Source: the human T2T-CHM13v2.0 reference genome, Homo sapiens. From it: a stretch of 64,000 nucleotides of DNA. The notes under the pieces were generated by a model. The model ran no database searches, was not told the origin of the DNA, and saw nothing but the letters and a program-made list of their open reading frames with translations. Of the stretch, positions 1 through 14,271 are shown one piece after another (the first letter of the stretch is position 1; every line of letters begins with the position of its first letter). The DNA is taken from the NCBI RefSeq assembly GCF_009914755.1, contig NC_060926.1; one strand, 5' to 3'. The translations under genes and the position numbers were made by a program.

Positions 1-1565
1 AGCCCATGCTCCTGGAACCCCGTGTGTGTTCAGAATGTGCAAGCAGAAGAAGAAGAGGGAGCGGAAAGCACTGGGCATCAGGGCTTTCCAGGGGAATGTC
101 TTGACCTGGCTGGCAGTGGAAATTCACACCTTCAGAAACCTCTAGAGTTCATCGTGGCCAATCCTGGGACATGGACTTAGGAATGCCCAACCCCGCCACC
201 CAGCCGTGGCAACCCGATTCAAAACCAAATGCACCAAATGTGAACTCGAAGGCCATAGCCCTTGCCAGCGACCCAGCCCTGAAGCGGGCATGATAGCCCA
301 GAGAAGAGGCCTTTGATGTAAGATGATTCTTAAATCGTGCATTCTTTGCCTTGCTTTTCTCGGCAGTATGTGTTCTGTCAATCTGTGATCTGAGTAGAAA
401 GAAGAAAGTGTATTTTCAAGGTATGAGGGGCCCAGAGGACACTGTCCCAAAAGCAGTGGTTGTGAGAGTGGCTTTGGAGTCAGGCTGACAGTCTGGAAAC
501 TTCCAGGTCCGCTCTGAAGTGCCGGCTGCATGACCAGCCCTCCAGCCTGTGTCCGCTTCGGCCTTCTTTGTGCAAGTGAGAGCATTGCTGATCCCCCCGG
601 GGTGGCGAGGGGGCGCACGTCAGTGACCTCGCATGGTGCCTGCCAGGCACGTGGTCCGTGTTTCATGATTCTTTGAGAGCTTTGGAGCAGCTCCAAGAAG
701 ACTCTTTTACTTTGAAGAGGTCCCCTGGGAAGCTGTGGTGGGACTGGAAGGTCGCAGGACTTTCCAAAATCTAAGTCTCTCCAGAACAGAGCTGCTCCAA
801 GCTTTAGTCTCCACTCAAAAGGGTCCACTTAGTAAGTTCTCAGGTCCTTGGCTTAGTGCCAGCTTCCCAGTAGTTTGTATACTAGATGCCTTGGGAATAA
901 AACCAGTTCCCTAAACCTATCCCGTGCTCACCCACGACCCGTGACAGCTGCCAAAGGGACAGACGCAAAGGCTCCTTCCTCAAGGCCCCCTGCAGACAGC
1001 ACTTTCCACACTGAAGGTGTCAGTGACCCAGCCAGAAAACCTGCTTCACCACCTCCTGGATAACTGCATAGGATGAGAACATAGATTTGGGTCTCTTTAA
1101 ATATGAATAGGTTACAAATTGCCTTTTTAAATATTGCTTGAGATCAAGTGGTAGTGGTTATATATGGAGTCAAGCAGCTGGGATATTCATTCAAGGCGTG
1201 TAATTTTCTTCATTCTTTGGACAAAACACAAGCAGGTTTTTAATTTTGAATAATTGATCTTCCCTCCCATACTGTGGGCAGGTGTTGATGGTTCCCCACC
1301 TTGTTAGCCTGAAGCCTGTTCATCCCTGGACCGGCCATGACATGCCCAGTGCAGTATCCCCCACGGTGGGGCTGGCAGCAGCCCCTCCACACTATGCACA
1401 GAGCAGTCTGAGTCTGGAATCGTCTCTTCAGCCTTACAGCTGTTCCATCTGTTATTTTCTCCAAACTCCTCTTCCCTGCATTTCCAAGCAGCGTCTTCTC
1501 ATGATTACAGTCACTTTCAGAGATGAGCTCATGCTGATACCCAATGAAGAACCCAGTTCAGAATT

Positions 1566-1880
1566 TTCTTTTTTTTTCTTTTTTGTTTTTTTGAGACAGG
1601 GGGTCTTATTCTGTCACCCAGACTGGAGTACAGTGGCATGAACGTGGCTCACTGCAGCCTTGACCTCCCCGGTTCAAGCAATTCTTCTGCCTCGCCCTCC
1701 TGAGTAGCTGGGACTACAGGCATGCACCACCAAGCCTGGCTAATTTTTAAACTTTTTGTAGAGATAGGGTCTCACTCTGTTGCCCAGGCTGGTCTTGAAC
1801 TCCTGGACTCAAGCAGTTCTCCCACCTCAGCTTCCCAAAGTGCTACAGCTGACTATAAGCGTGAGCCACCATGTCCAGCC
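1566..1880 (-). mobile_element. Alu (J-like)
   Basis: T-rich tail then gagacagg...ctgtcaccca...gtgagccaccatgtccagcc; diverged dimer. Confidence 0.93.
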
Positions 1881-2009
1881 CAGAATTTTCAAATTAAACA
1901 AAACTAACCCTCCAACATGTTTCAGTACAGTGGCCTCAATACACTATTCCTCATGCAAAGCCTTCAGTTGAAAGTGCTGGGTAACTTGGATTTGCCTGTG
2001 TGTTGACCA

Positions 2010-2515
2010 TCAGTTGCTGCCTAACAGATTATCTGCAGCTCTGTGGGCTAAAACCACAGGGATGTATGACCTTCCTATTTCTGTGGGTCTCGAGTCCAGC
2101 ACAGCTTCTGGGTCGCACTGGCTCAGGTCTGTCCTGAGGTTGCAGTTAAGATGGTGACCGCAGTGTCTCACCTGAGGGCTCAGCTGGGGCTGGAGAACTG
2201 GGCTCCGGGAGGCTCCGTCATACACCCGCTGAGTTCTGCTGCTGTTGGTGAGAGGCTGGGTTCCTGGCCTCATGGTTCTTTCTGTAGGGCTTCTTGTGCG
2301 TCTCACAGCATAGCAGCTGGCTCCCTGCAGAGAGGGAGGGAGGAGGAGGAAGCCACAGTGCCTTGCACGGCCGGGTCTCAGAGGTCTCTATGTCCCCTCC
2401 ACCTGGTTCTTTTTGTCAGACGAGTCACTAAGTCCAGGCCACACGCAAGGGATGGGAATGAGACTCTGCCTTTTGAGGAGTGCTCAGGAATGCATGGCCG
2501 CATTTAAACTGCCAC
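2010..2515 (-). mobile_element. Old MaLR LTR (MLT1-like)
   Basis: MLT1-type motifs gttgctgcctaaca...ctgaggttgcagttaagatg...ctgagggctcagctggggctggag. Confidence 0.65.
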
Positions 2516-4260
2516 ACTGTGGCCGGTCAGCTGGGTCTGTTCCACTTCAGGATCCACAGGCCTCTCCTGGCCCTGCAGGACAGGCTCCCCTGCCTCCACT
2601 CCAGCCCGTCCTGGTGGTTGTGAGCCGCACTTAACCCTGCCAGGATGCGGCTTGTACTGGGAGGCCCATGGGCTCCGAGAGGACTTCCCTTCAACCTCCA
2701 GGCACCTTGAAACTGCCCAGCAGCCAAACCTCAGAGCTGTGGAAGCTCCTGGACGTTTCAAAGACCCACTTAATATTTAATAGTCAGTGCAGCATTAATT
2801 TCATTGCTCCCCGATCCCACATATCGAAACCTTTCACAGTTTAGTACAGGGATGATGGTGAAAGAGAAACCACAGGGAAAATCCGAGGCAGTGGAATTGT
2901 TTAATTTCTGGTTGCTTCTCCTCTTATTTGTAATTAATATCCATTCAGCATCTTTAAAGCTTACAAAATGCTTCAAGTACATTCTCATTGGAGTTCCATG
3001 ATTTGTAAAACAGGCATGTGAAAAAATGGGAAGCTAAGGAAATAGGAATTCAGAAAAGGTACACTGAAGGTACGCTGAAGGTCAGCCTGAACTTGAACCC
3101 ACGTCTTCTGGCACCGGACATCCCTGTTCTTGTCACTGCGGCACTTTGCTCTGTGTGTGGAAAGCGTGAAGGGCCCCTGCAAATGGACATGATGCTGCCT
3201 CCTCCACAGGTTTATTTTTGTGAAATCAAACAGAATACTGTTTGTGCTTAAAAACCATCCTGCGCCCCCATCTGTAAAATACATCGTCCCCGGTACTTCC
3301 CAGCAGGCGCTAAGCACCACCCACACTGCCGGCGCCTGACCAGACAGCTCCATGGAGCTCCTGACCCAGCTTCAACCCGTCGGGAACAGCTCCCAGGGAA
3401 TGTGCAGGAAGGTGCCTCCAACACCCGGCCCTTTCTGCCCCTCGGCCCCTGTGGTCACTCTGCCCTCCACAGTCCTTCTGCCCCTGTGGCTGGTCGCTTA
3501 CTGCTCTGTGCATCTTCCTGAAGCACTTGGCACTGTTGCCTCATCTCTGTCCTCTTCCTCCTATGCCCTCGCCTGGGCCCTCAGCAGCTTCCAGCAGGGA
3601 GGGTGTGGGTGCAGTGATTTGGATCATGCCCCTACTCCTCAGAGCCTCTTCCCAAACGAACCGGGTGTGGCGTGCTGGGCCTTTATTCTTCTGGGACACA
3701 AACACGGGACTGCTGATTGGTCTCTGATATAGACCCTGGAGTCTGCTCCTTTTGTCTGGGGCAAAAGGAACCAAGGAGGAAATTCCAGCCGCACCACATT
3801 TGCAAACGACACACTGTCGGGCTTTTTTTGCAATAACTGCATTTCCTAAATAATTCAGTCTTTGGATTGAGAACGTGTCTGTCACTTTCCTTTATAGAAA
3901 TAACCTTTTGTAAATTAATGTACTGTTACTTTATAAAGCCAGACAACTGTCTCTAGATAGACAGCAATAAAAGCTACCAACTGTGAACTGCTGTTTCTTT
4001 TCCTTTCACTCATGGATGCTCTTCTGCATCACACTGGGACCTATCAATTGACATTAAATGACACACCCTACAAATAAAACAATAGTCACTGAGGGTCAGA
4101 AGGTTGTGTCTGATATGCCTATGTTCCTGTCAACAATAGGGGCTTTCTCCAGCTGTCCCCTTCTCGGGCTGAAGCACCTCAGTGACCCAGATCCCTGCAG
4201 GCACTTGGCGTCGTTTTGTGTGTCCCTCTGCCCCAGCCAGGAGAGTGCTTTTTGCAGAGG

Positions 4261-4605
4261 GAGGGGTGTAGCCTGCCTGGTGTCTCCGTGTCCTACCTGT
4301 GTGCCCTCCCAGCTGGGTAGGTGGGTCTGGAGGGGTGTAGCCTGCCTGGTGTCTCCATGTCCTACCCCTGCGCCTTCCCAGCTGGGTAGGTGGGTCTGGA
4401 GGGGTGTAGCCTGCCTGGTGTCTCCATGTCCTACCCCTGCGCCTTCCCAGCTGGGTAGGTGGGTCTGGAGGGGTGTAGCCTGCCTGGTGTCTCCGTCTCC
4501 TACCCCTGCACCTTCCCAGCTGGGTAGATGGGTCTGGAGGGGTGTAGCCTGCCTGGTGTCTCCGTCTCCTACCCCTGCGCCTTCCCAGCTGGGTAGGTGG
4601 GTCTG
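4261..4605 (+). repeat. Minisatellite, 69-bp unit x5
   Basis: Units start at 4261, 4330, 4399, 4468, 4537: gaggggtgtagcctgcctggtgtctcc...cccagctgggtaggtgggtctg. Confidence 0.97.
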
Positions 4606-5272
4606 GGCCAAAAGCAGCTGCTGCAGGTGGAGCTCCCGTCACTCACATGCTCTGCGTTTGATGCCTCTGCTAAGATGGAGCCTCTGTTTCTGCATTTATG
4701 CATCATTGGGGTGGGAAACTCTGTTTCCTTTTTTCTAGACCTTTCTCTTCCTGCTGCCCTTCTGAAGGACCTCATTCCCCCTTCTCCCCTCATTGGCCGT
4801 GATAGTCCACAGGGAACGTCAGCCCCAGCGCAGCTTGTGCTGAGACCACCATGGCCCTGTGGTGCGGGTCTTCTCTCAGGCCTTGCGTGCTCACTACAGA
4901 GGTCTGGGGTGTTTCTGCAGGGTTTTCTCCTCCACTCAGCACGTGGAGAGATCGCCCATGGCATGGAGAGATGGCCCAGACCCACAGAGACCTCGCCGCA
5001 TAGAGGATTTGCCCAGACCCCTAGACCCCGCCACGTGAGGAGGTCACCCAGGCCCGTAGGGCTCCCGTGGTGTGCGGAGGCGCAGAACAAGCTCAGGAGT
5101 CTGCTGACCTGGTGCGCCACACCCCGGGGACCGCCAGTGGGCGTGTTCGAGGCTCCGCTGACCAGGGCGCTGTCAGGTCTGGTTCGGGCAGCGGCTTTGC
5201 CTCTGTGATAGGTGTCCCGTCCCTCTTTCTTCCTGTGCTCCCTCTACACTAGCCTAAGGGAAGTCAGTTTCC

Positions 5273-6040
5273 TTTTTTTAATAAATTTTAATTTTTGTAG
5301 ATACATAGTAGGTGTTTATGGGTTATAGGAGATATTTTGATACAGGCAGGCAATGCGTAATAATCCCATCAGGGTAAATGGAGTATCCATCCCCTCAAGC
5401 ATTGATCCTTTGTGTTGCAACAATCCAATTATGCTCCCTTAGTTATTTTTTTAACGTACACTTAAATTACTGTAGTCACCCTTGTACTAGCAAACACTAG
5501 GTCTTATTTGTTCTATTTTTTTTTGTACCCATTACCATCCCCACTCCATCCCCCACTACTGTTCCCAGCCTCTGGTAACCATCCTCCTGCTCTCCATCTC
5601 CATGAGTTCAGTTGTTTAAAGTTTAGCTCCCACAGATAAGTGAGAACATACAATGTTTGTCTTTCTGTGCCCGGCGTATGTCACTTAACACAGTGACCTC
5701 CAGTTCCATCCATGCTGTTGTAAATGACAGGATACCATTCTTTTTTATGGCCGAAGAGTACTCCATCGTGTATATATGGCAATTCCTTTATCCCCTTGTC
5801 TGCTGATGGACACTTAGGTTGCTTCCAAGTCTTGGCTGTTGTGAACAGTGCTGCAGCACACACGGGTGTGCAGTGATCTCTGATAGACTGATTTCCTTTC
5901 TTTTCTTTGGAGTATATATCTAGGCATGGATTGCTGCGTTGTATGGTAGCTCTATTTTTTGTTTTTTTGTAGAAACCTCAAACTGTTCTCCCTAGTGGTT
6001 GCACTGATGTACATTCCCACCAACTGTGGACAAGGGGTGA
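5273..6040 (-). mobile_element. L1 3' fragment (L1MA-like)
   Basis: L1 3'UTR/ORF2-end motifs (ccagttccatccatg, gatggacacttaggttgcttcc, cattcccaccaac); ORF 5681-5863 resembles the ORF2 C-terminus (AALFTTAKTWKQPKCPS). Confidence 0.9.
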
Positions 6041-6637
6041 GGGAAGTTAATTTCATGGTAACACCAAGCCTTTCCTTTTTGTCAGTTTCTGTTCTTATGA
6101 TCATTCATTAGAAGGCAGATTCACTGAAGAATGTCGTTTTACCTAGTTTAAACTGGCTAGATTCTTTTCAAGGTTACAATTTTGAACCCCACCTTGTCCC
6201 CTGAGTCATCGAGGTAGCCCAAGATAACGGTTAAGAGGAAACATCCTTTGTGTTGGCAGCAAATTGTTCTCCAGTTTCTGTTAAGTAGTGTCCCTTGCAG
6301 GTGAGGAGAGGCTGCTTTCATCCTCAGCAGGTAGAGACCGGGGAGTCGGACCAGCGGAAATCCTCACCTCCTGGGGTGGGCCGTGTGGGGAGTGTTAACT
6401 GGCAAGACGATCTAAATTCTCTACCCAGATCACAGCGGCTACAGCAGCTTTGCTTTCAGAGAAGAAAACACAAAAAAAAGTGCCCAAAAGTTAAAAAGCA
6501 AGTGGTAAAACCGGGAAGCGACACGTTGCACAAAACGTATTTGGTACGTTAAAAAGGCCAGAAGCACGGTGCCCTGTAGGAATGAGACTGACATCTTCAC
6601 AAAAGGTCATCATCAGTCTCATGTGACATTCTCCATG

Positions 6638-6922
<285 letters not shown>

Positions 6923-7122
6923 TCAATCCCAGAAGTGTTGGGATTACAGGCTTGATGCTTTTCTTAAAAAACATATTCCCCATGTATGATGTCTGCAGAT
7001 ACTTCAAGAACATCATAAACACCACTTTCACCATCAGCTGGGAGCAGAGTCCCTCCCCATTCACTGTCGCCCCACGCCATAGGGACTTGGTGATGTTTAC
7101 AGTGTGTCCCTGTGGGCGAACG

Positions 7123-7515
7123 GGATAAGGAAAAGATGGTGCACATACACTGTGGAATACTACGCAGCCGTAAAAAAAGAACCAAATCATGTTGTTTGCA
7201 GCAACATGGATACAGCTGGAGGCCATTATCCTAAGTGAATTAACACAGAAACAGAAAACCAAATAGTGAATGTTTTCACATGTAAGTAGAAGCTAAACAT
7301 TGGATTCACATGGACAAAAAATAGACCAGAGACTACCAGTGGGGGGAGGGTGGGATGGGAGGAAGAGCTGAAAAATGATCTGTTGGGTCCCATGCTGACT
7401 ACCTGGGTGATGGCTTCAATCGTACCCCAACCTCAGCATCACCCAGTATACCCAGGTAACCTGCACACATACCTCCTGAATCTAAAATAAAGTTGCAATT
7501 TAAAATAAATAAAAT
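7123..7515 (+). mobile_element. L1 3' end (L1PB/L1MA-like)
   Basis: tggaatactacgcagcc...gcaacatggatacagctggaggccattatcctaagtgaa...ctaaaataaagttg plus A-rich tail. Confidence 0.88.
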
Positions 7516-7666
7516 ATCAAATGTTTTAATATTTTTTAAAAGTATGTGTGAACATCCCTTGACAAATTGTTTTCATCCAGAGAAATTTGCTGTACTGAGA
7601 TTATATTATAACAAAGTCTTAGACAAAAATTGGTTCCCATGATTTTGTCCTTCTCATTTGGAATGA

Positions 7667-7765
<99 letters not shown>

Positions 7766-8071
7766 TGACTAGATGCTTCTCGGACATCACTGACAGACTG
7801 AGCCCAAAGCCTCTCGCTTCCTCTCCTTCTCCTTTCCTTTCTGTAGTCAGCACTGCACGTGTCCACTCGTGCATTTGCAACTCACTCCTTTCTTGGGGAA
7901 GCCAAGCACATCACTGGGTGATGCTGTGGGTGCAACGTGCAGCCTCAGACCCGAACCCTGCGCCCGGGGAGAAGACACGCCTTCACCACAAAAGCACACG
8001 GCCCGGAACCTGCCACGCTGAGTGGTCTGAGTGGGCGCGAGGAAGGAGCCCAGCCCAGCCGAAGGGGCCCA

Positions 8072-8141
8072 GAGGGGCCTCTGCGTCGGGGAGAGAGGCC
8101 TCTGCGTCGGGGACAGAGGCCTCTGCGTCGGGGACAGAGGC
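8072..8141 (+). repeat. Tandem repeat, 21-bp unit x~3
   Basis: agaggcctctgcgtcgggg(ac/ag) repeated. Confidence 0.9.
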
Positions 8142-8557
8142 TCGGGAGGGTGCTTCAGGAGGAGCTGGAGAGGAAGGCCCAGAGCCTGGGGCAGGCTGAG
8201 GGACCTGGGCAGTTCCCTGGAGCATTGGAAACCCCTTGGGGGACTGGGTGGGTTGACATGAGCTGATCTGCACAGTGAGGCCATGCCAGCTGCAGCTCGG
8301 GGAGTGCGTTAGCCAGGAGCAAGCTTCCGATCATGCTTGGAAACCTGGCCTGAGTGCTCCCTCCCAGGTAGCCCCACCCTAGCCTCACTCCCTCACTCCT
8401 TGTGGCAGCATCTCCCCACAGGCCTGGTGGCCTGGTCATCTCCTCCTTCCCACAGCTTCTGTCCTACTCGATGTGCAGCCCAAGTCAAGATCGGGTGGTC
8501 TCCGTTTCCGCAGGTGTGCTGGGGTTTCTGGGGAACTGCTGGCTGGTGTGAGCTGAA

Positions 8558-8655
8558 CGTGTGTGAGGTGTGTATGTGTGTGGTGTGTGGATGTTGGGTG
8601 TGCATGCTGTGGCATGTGGTGTGGGTGTGGTGTGTGCATGTGTGTGCACTTGTGC
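8558..8655. repeat. Degenerate (TG)n simple repeat
   Basis: gtgtgtgaggtgtgtatgtgtgtggtgtgtgg... Confidence 0.85.
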
Positions 8656-10253
8656 ACTCTCTTTTCAGTAATTTAATTGCAGGTAGAGTAACAAGGTCTG
8701 AAGGAGAGACGGCACTGTCTGCTCATGGATGTCCCATTCAGCATTCTTGGCAACCAGTCATTTTACCCCTGGTTGGGCTCCTGCTTTGGTGGGAATGAGC
8801 ATGTAGTTATCAGAGAGCAGAAGGCTGTTCCTGGAAATCTAACAGAAGGTCACACCCATGAGCATTTATAAGGAGGGTAGGGGAGGATTTAGAGCAGGAA
8901 AGGAATCTGCAAAGATCATCAGAATAAATATGCAATTCATTGAGACAATCCATATTTTACATCCATTAAGAGAAGATATTCAGAATTTCTTTTCACAAAA
9001 ATAATGGTATAAGGGGAACATAAGCAGCTAATGTGTTTTTCATTGCTGAAAGGCAAAGTGAGTTAAGTTTTTAATTCTAGCAATTAAGTTTCTGTGTGTT
9101 CTCCTGAAGCACACCGTAAATGCACATCATTTCTAGGTGATTGTTATCTCACAGTGGACGCTTGGTGCCAGCGGTGGGTCAGCTTCAGCCTCCTAAATCA
9201 CAGCCTCAGAGGCAGCCAGGGACACACGGCTCCCAGTGCCCAGCGATGAGGGAGGCCAGGAGCACTCCCAGGGCCTGGTGCTGCCCAGGGTGGCATCTTG
9301 GCACTTTGCAGTTGGAAGTGTGGACTTTTCTTCGAGGAAGTAGACACAGCACAGGCGCAAGGAGCGCTGGACAAGGGGTCAGATGGAAGCGTCCCTGGCC
9401 TCTGTGGACCTCAGCCTGCCTGTCAATAATATGTTCATTTCAGATTAGCTCAGTCCTCAACCTGCGCCTTCCTCCTGGTCATCCCAATGATAAACAGGCA
9501 CCATTGGTCAGCCCACCCTCCCCCCAGGGCAGCTCCCAGGGGACCTTTGCAGACCCCAAGAAGGCCACAAAGCCAGTTTGGAAACTACTAGAAGAGATGG
9601 GCCCTGAAGGTTTGAAATCAGTGGAGGGATGGCTGCTAACTAAATAATGTGCAGGGGAGAGCAGGGAGGGACGGGCCAGGCTCAGGGTCGCGGTCAGCCA
9701 CCGTGTGGCAGCAGGTGCTAGGGAAGGAAGCCAGCTGCAGGGGAGTGCCGAGTCCCCAGCGGAATGTGCCAGCCACTTGAGTTCTGGAACACGGTGTAGC
9801 ACTCCTTGGGGGAACCGGCGTCTGCACCAGCCCATGGTCGGGAGGCAGGGGAGGCCTCATGGCTGGGCATGGGTGGGGCCCTCCGGGTGGCCTCCCATAG
9901 GTCAACTGCGAGAGGCTGGCGGCCACCCTGGCCAGTGGCCCTCCCAGCCTTGTCGAGCTGCAGGCAATGTCGTCGTTTCTGTCAGCTTTGCTCCTTTTCT
10001 CAGGGTTCTGGCTTTGGAAACGGGGCCCCCGGTCGGACCATTTGGCCTTGTGTCTGGGCTGATGCTGAGCAGCCACCCTCCTGGTTCTCTGATGCCGAGG
10101 GTCTCTTCCCAAAGCCACCTCTGGTCCCAATGCGAGTGCTGTATTTTCTGCCTCAGTGCAGCCTGCAGCATATTCAGCATTCCAGGCCGAAATCCAGTGG
10201 TGTTAACAAGAGGGATCTTTTAAAGTTAAATTAGAATTCACAGGACCCAGTAA

Positions 10254-10418
<165 letters not shown>

Positions 10419-13400
10419 TGATCTGGAAGAGCGGGGTCAGTGGGAGCCGCGAGGGAGCCGCTGGTATAATAGATGCTGGCAGGGACCGGCCGTGCAGAGA
10501 AGCCAGCTAAGTACTGGCTTAACAGGGAGCCCAGTGACACATTATGGGGCTATATGTACTTTATTTCTACTGCAAGAAATTTCAACAGAATGTAGAATTT
10601 AGATGATCAGATTTCATTATTGAAATGTGGGTCTAAATGATTTAATTAAAAGTATTGTTCATTTTCCCCCATTTTTCTCTGAACTCCATCCCCAGAAGGT
10701 GTCCTTTGTTCTCCCTATCTTCGTGGAGGGTGTTTTTTTCACCTCATGGTTTTGATTTTATGATTGATGCTTACAACACCTGAAGACAGGCTTCCCCACA
10801 AGACCTTCTTAGGACGTCACCCCAGAGCTCTCAGCCCGCAGGGAAACAGCTTAGAAATCAAGGAGCTGAACTGAGGCTGTCATCTGTTTTTCCGTGTCTC
10901 CTGGCTCTCGCCAGCCTGTGCAACGGTGTTTTTTGGCTCCTCTCTTTGTTTGGAACGCACCCCACACCTGGCTCACCTCCCACACTGGGCATCAGGGTGC
11001 CCTGTGTGGAGCTAGTGTCCCTGCAGCCAGCTGTGCGTACTGAGAGCTACTGCAGGAATCAGCTAGCAGCAGGCGCTCCGGAGCAGTGCTCGTAACACCT
11101 CCTGGGCTGTTCGAAGACAGCGACCTTAACTCCCACACCCATGCGGCTTTCATGGGGCCAAGGTCATTCCTGAGCTTGATTTTCAGCAAGGCAGAGCAGG
11201 CAATTTACCAGCGGAGAACTGTGCTCACGGGCTCTGTCATGAACCCTGAAGTGGCAGCCCTGCTTTATGCACGGACCCTGCAGCATCCCCAGAGGTGACT
11301 GTGACCCCGGGCACTGCTCCGAGCAGGCTGGGTGCGGGTATAGATTCACAGCCATCAGTGGCTCAGGCATTCCATCAGGAAGACGTGCAGCCCGCACCCC
11401 GGCTTTAGCGCAGCCCCAGTGCCCAGTGCGGGGCCGCTGCCTTTGCGCTTCTGCGTCTACGTCAGGCTGGACGCACAAGGAGACTCGGCGTCCTGTTCAT
11501 CCTCGGTAGCAAGCGACCGTGACGCAGCCTCGCACTACTGCAAGCCTCAGCCTCCTCCTTAAAATAAGGGCATAGATCTGAGATCTCTGAAATCCCTCCC
11601 AGCTCTGACATTCACACAGCTCTCTCCTCTCCTTCAACACACTGGATAAAGGAAATTACGGTTTTCAAGTTCTGTGGTTTTGCTCAGAGCAGGTTTTTCT
11701 TCCGCTGCCACTCCTGAGATAGTCCCACTGAGGTCAGGTGGCCCGCACAGGTGCTTTGTTCTGGTCCTCACCCTCCTCCCACCCGCCCCCTTCCCTTCTC
11801 CAGCCCCCTCTGGCTTCTGCAGCAGGGCTTGCCCACCTCTGAGTGGGAGTGAAAAGTAGGCCCTCCTGCTCCCCTGCCCTGGTGGCCTCTTCACCACCCA
11901 AGGCTTGGCCAGCAACCAGGTGACCCCGAAGCACCCGGCCTGACCCCTCTGCCTCCCAAAACAGGCCATTCTCCCTGTGCTGCCTGTGGCCAGCCCTGAC
12001 ACCCCCACCTGGCGGTCTGGGCGGTCCGCAGTAGGCCTCCACCTGCTGAGGGCATTGTCAGCGTCACCTGAAAGTCACCAGCTTGCCGGAACATTCTTAT
12101 GCAAAGACATGAAGAATCAATTATAAATTCACAGGACTGACGTTTCACTAATCATGGGGCTAAAACTCCCCAGGGAGGAAAGTTCCCTGTTCCACTGGCG
12201 GGCTTTCATTTGCATTTTAAGACACATTAATAGAAAACGACGGAATGGGCTTTTCTTTGTGGCACTGTGGTAGTAACACCACCACCAGGCTCCGAATGTG
12301 AGTCTTCTTCCTGTATTGCTGGGACTCAGTACAGAACATATTATTGCATTTCAAAAATACTTTTACAATGGACATGATTTAATTTGAAAGTTCAGCTTAA
12401 GCTTTCATTTTCATGAGTTAAAAAAAGGAGGCAAAAATGTTGCAATTAAAGCCAAGCCAAGCATATGCACTCTCTTGCCATCTAGTGAGCATACAGGGTA
12501 TTGCAACAGTGTGTGATCTTAATAATATGGGGTATCCTGTTAATTAAATTATGTATATGGGCTAACAATGAGTTATTTAATCAGCCATTTAATTATCTTG
12601 AATAACATTTTTATTACAGTGAAATAAATACCAATTTAACTTCTTAGCAATGAAATGTATTCATACGTTTTAGCCCTGGATAAATCTGCATGATATGCTA
12701 TAATGCACAGTGGCATGTATTATAAAGCATTGAAAATGTCACTATCTTCACTTTTTAAATACTTCTTCCTCTCCTTAGGCCTCACTGTAGCCTTAGGGCA
12801 CCTGCACTGGCAGACCATATGGATGCAGGTGCCTGCCACCTTAGGTGGCTTGGGCCCCCCCTCCCCCGGGTGCCCCTGGGAGGCCACTTCCCTCCTGGTG
12901 TCCCCACAGCTCGCCAGTATGCACATCAGAACCCGCCGTGGCTCCGCACATGATGGAAAGGAGCACGCAGCTGCATCAGCTACCTTCCGTCTTGCTGAAA
13001 TTAGACTGCAGAAGTCCTTGCTGGTTGCAGAATGGTTGTAAATCTAGTTTCACGGCCTGTAAACACGTGTGGCTGCTGAAAAGAAATGGTGAAGATTGAG
13101 CTAAAATAGACTTGTCCCTGGAAGTAAGTCATTCATGTCCTTTACAAAAGCCAAATCCACAGGATCTGGAGAGTAGGTTAAGCTCTCTTGAGGAGCTTCT
13201 TTTGGCCATTTTACCTGTGAAGGGCTGTTTCCTCTTCAGTAAATAAAGTCATTAAGTAACCGTCAACCTAAGGAAACTTTGTAACACAATCCCAAATCCT
13301 CATCTGCTGTATTGACGATGGGCCCCCTGAAGTGCCCCAGAATTCTTCCCCCAACTGCAGCCCGGACACACAGACACGTGTCATGTTCACACCTGAGGGA

Positions 13401-14175
13401 CTGGCGAGCGCTACTGTTGCTGAGCTGGTGGGAGTGGCTGCCGGCGGGTGCAGGGGCCCCCGAGATCCCTTCTCTGCCGCGCCTGCCCCCGGCCTGGAAT
13501 CCAGCTTCCTCTCACACGGCTCCCAGGCCTGTGCACGTGCTCTTTGGGAAGAGCCATGCCTAAAGTAACTTCCCATCAAAGAGCATGGCTTGGTTTCGTA
13601 AAAACCTGTCTTTTGTCATACTAGATTATCTTCAGAAACACTGACCCCTGGCCCTGAGCACTGAAAGAGCGGTTAGGGTGATGCGGCTGGCCACGGCATC
13701 GCCCACTAGCAGTGAGTGCTGCGCCCCCACCACGCCCCCACCCTGCGCTCTCTGTGGTGGCCGCCTCAGCCTGGAGCATCAGTGGCGTGAGTGGGGCACT
13801 GGAATGACCCAGTGACACTGCCGGGCTGATAACAAGAAAGTCAAAGCCTGCCTTTTGTTTACTTGAAACCAAAGGTGGGACATGTGTGGGATTAGAACAG
13901 ACATTGCCCAGCATGATGGGTGCTCGGAAGCCTACTTCCTTCCCCAGAGAAGCCTAGGGGGGCAGCTGCTACTTTTCCCCGAGCTGGTGCAAGCTGGTGA
14001 GTGCAGCCTCTGTTGGAAAGCAGGGCTGCTCCCCTAAACTTCTCAGATCAGGGCCAGCCCAGGGTGTGCAGGCCCCACAGCTGCATCTGGGGTGCCATGT
14101 CCGTCCCAGCTGCAACCTCAGCCGCCCCGAGTGCCCCCATGCCAGGTCACAAAGCCCTCCCCTGTGTGAGGGAGC

Positions 14176-14271
14176 TCACACACACACGTCCACACACACA
14201 CATGCTCACACACACGCTCACTCATACACAATGCTCACACACGCTTACACACACATGCTCGCACTCGCACA
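14176..14271. repeat. Degenerate (CA)n simple repeat
   Basis: tcacacacacacgtccacacacacacatgctcacacacac... Confidence 0.85.

Noticed and set aside
142-828. 228-aa - strand ORF
   Set aside because: GTG start and no recognisable family; lies in an intron, antisense to TRAPPC12
4058-4738. Repeat-protein ORFs on both strands
   Set aside because: Artefact of the 69-bp (23-codon) VNTR
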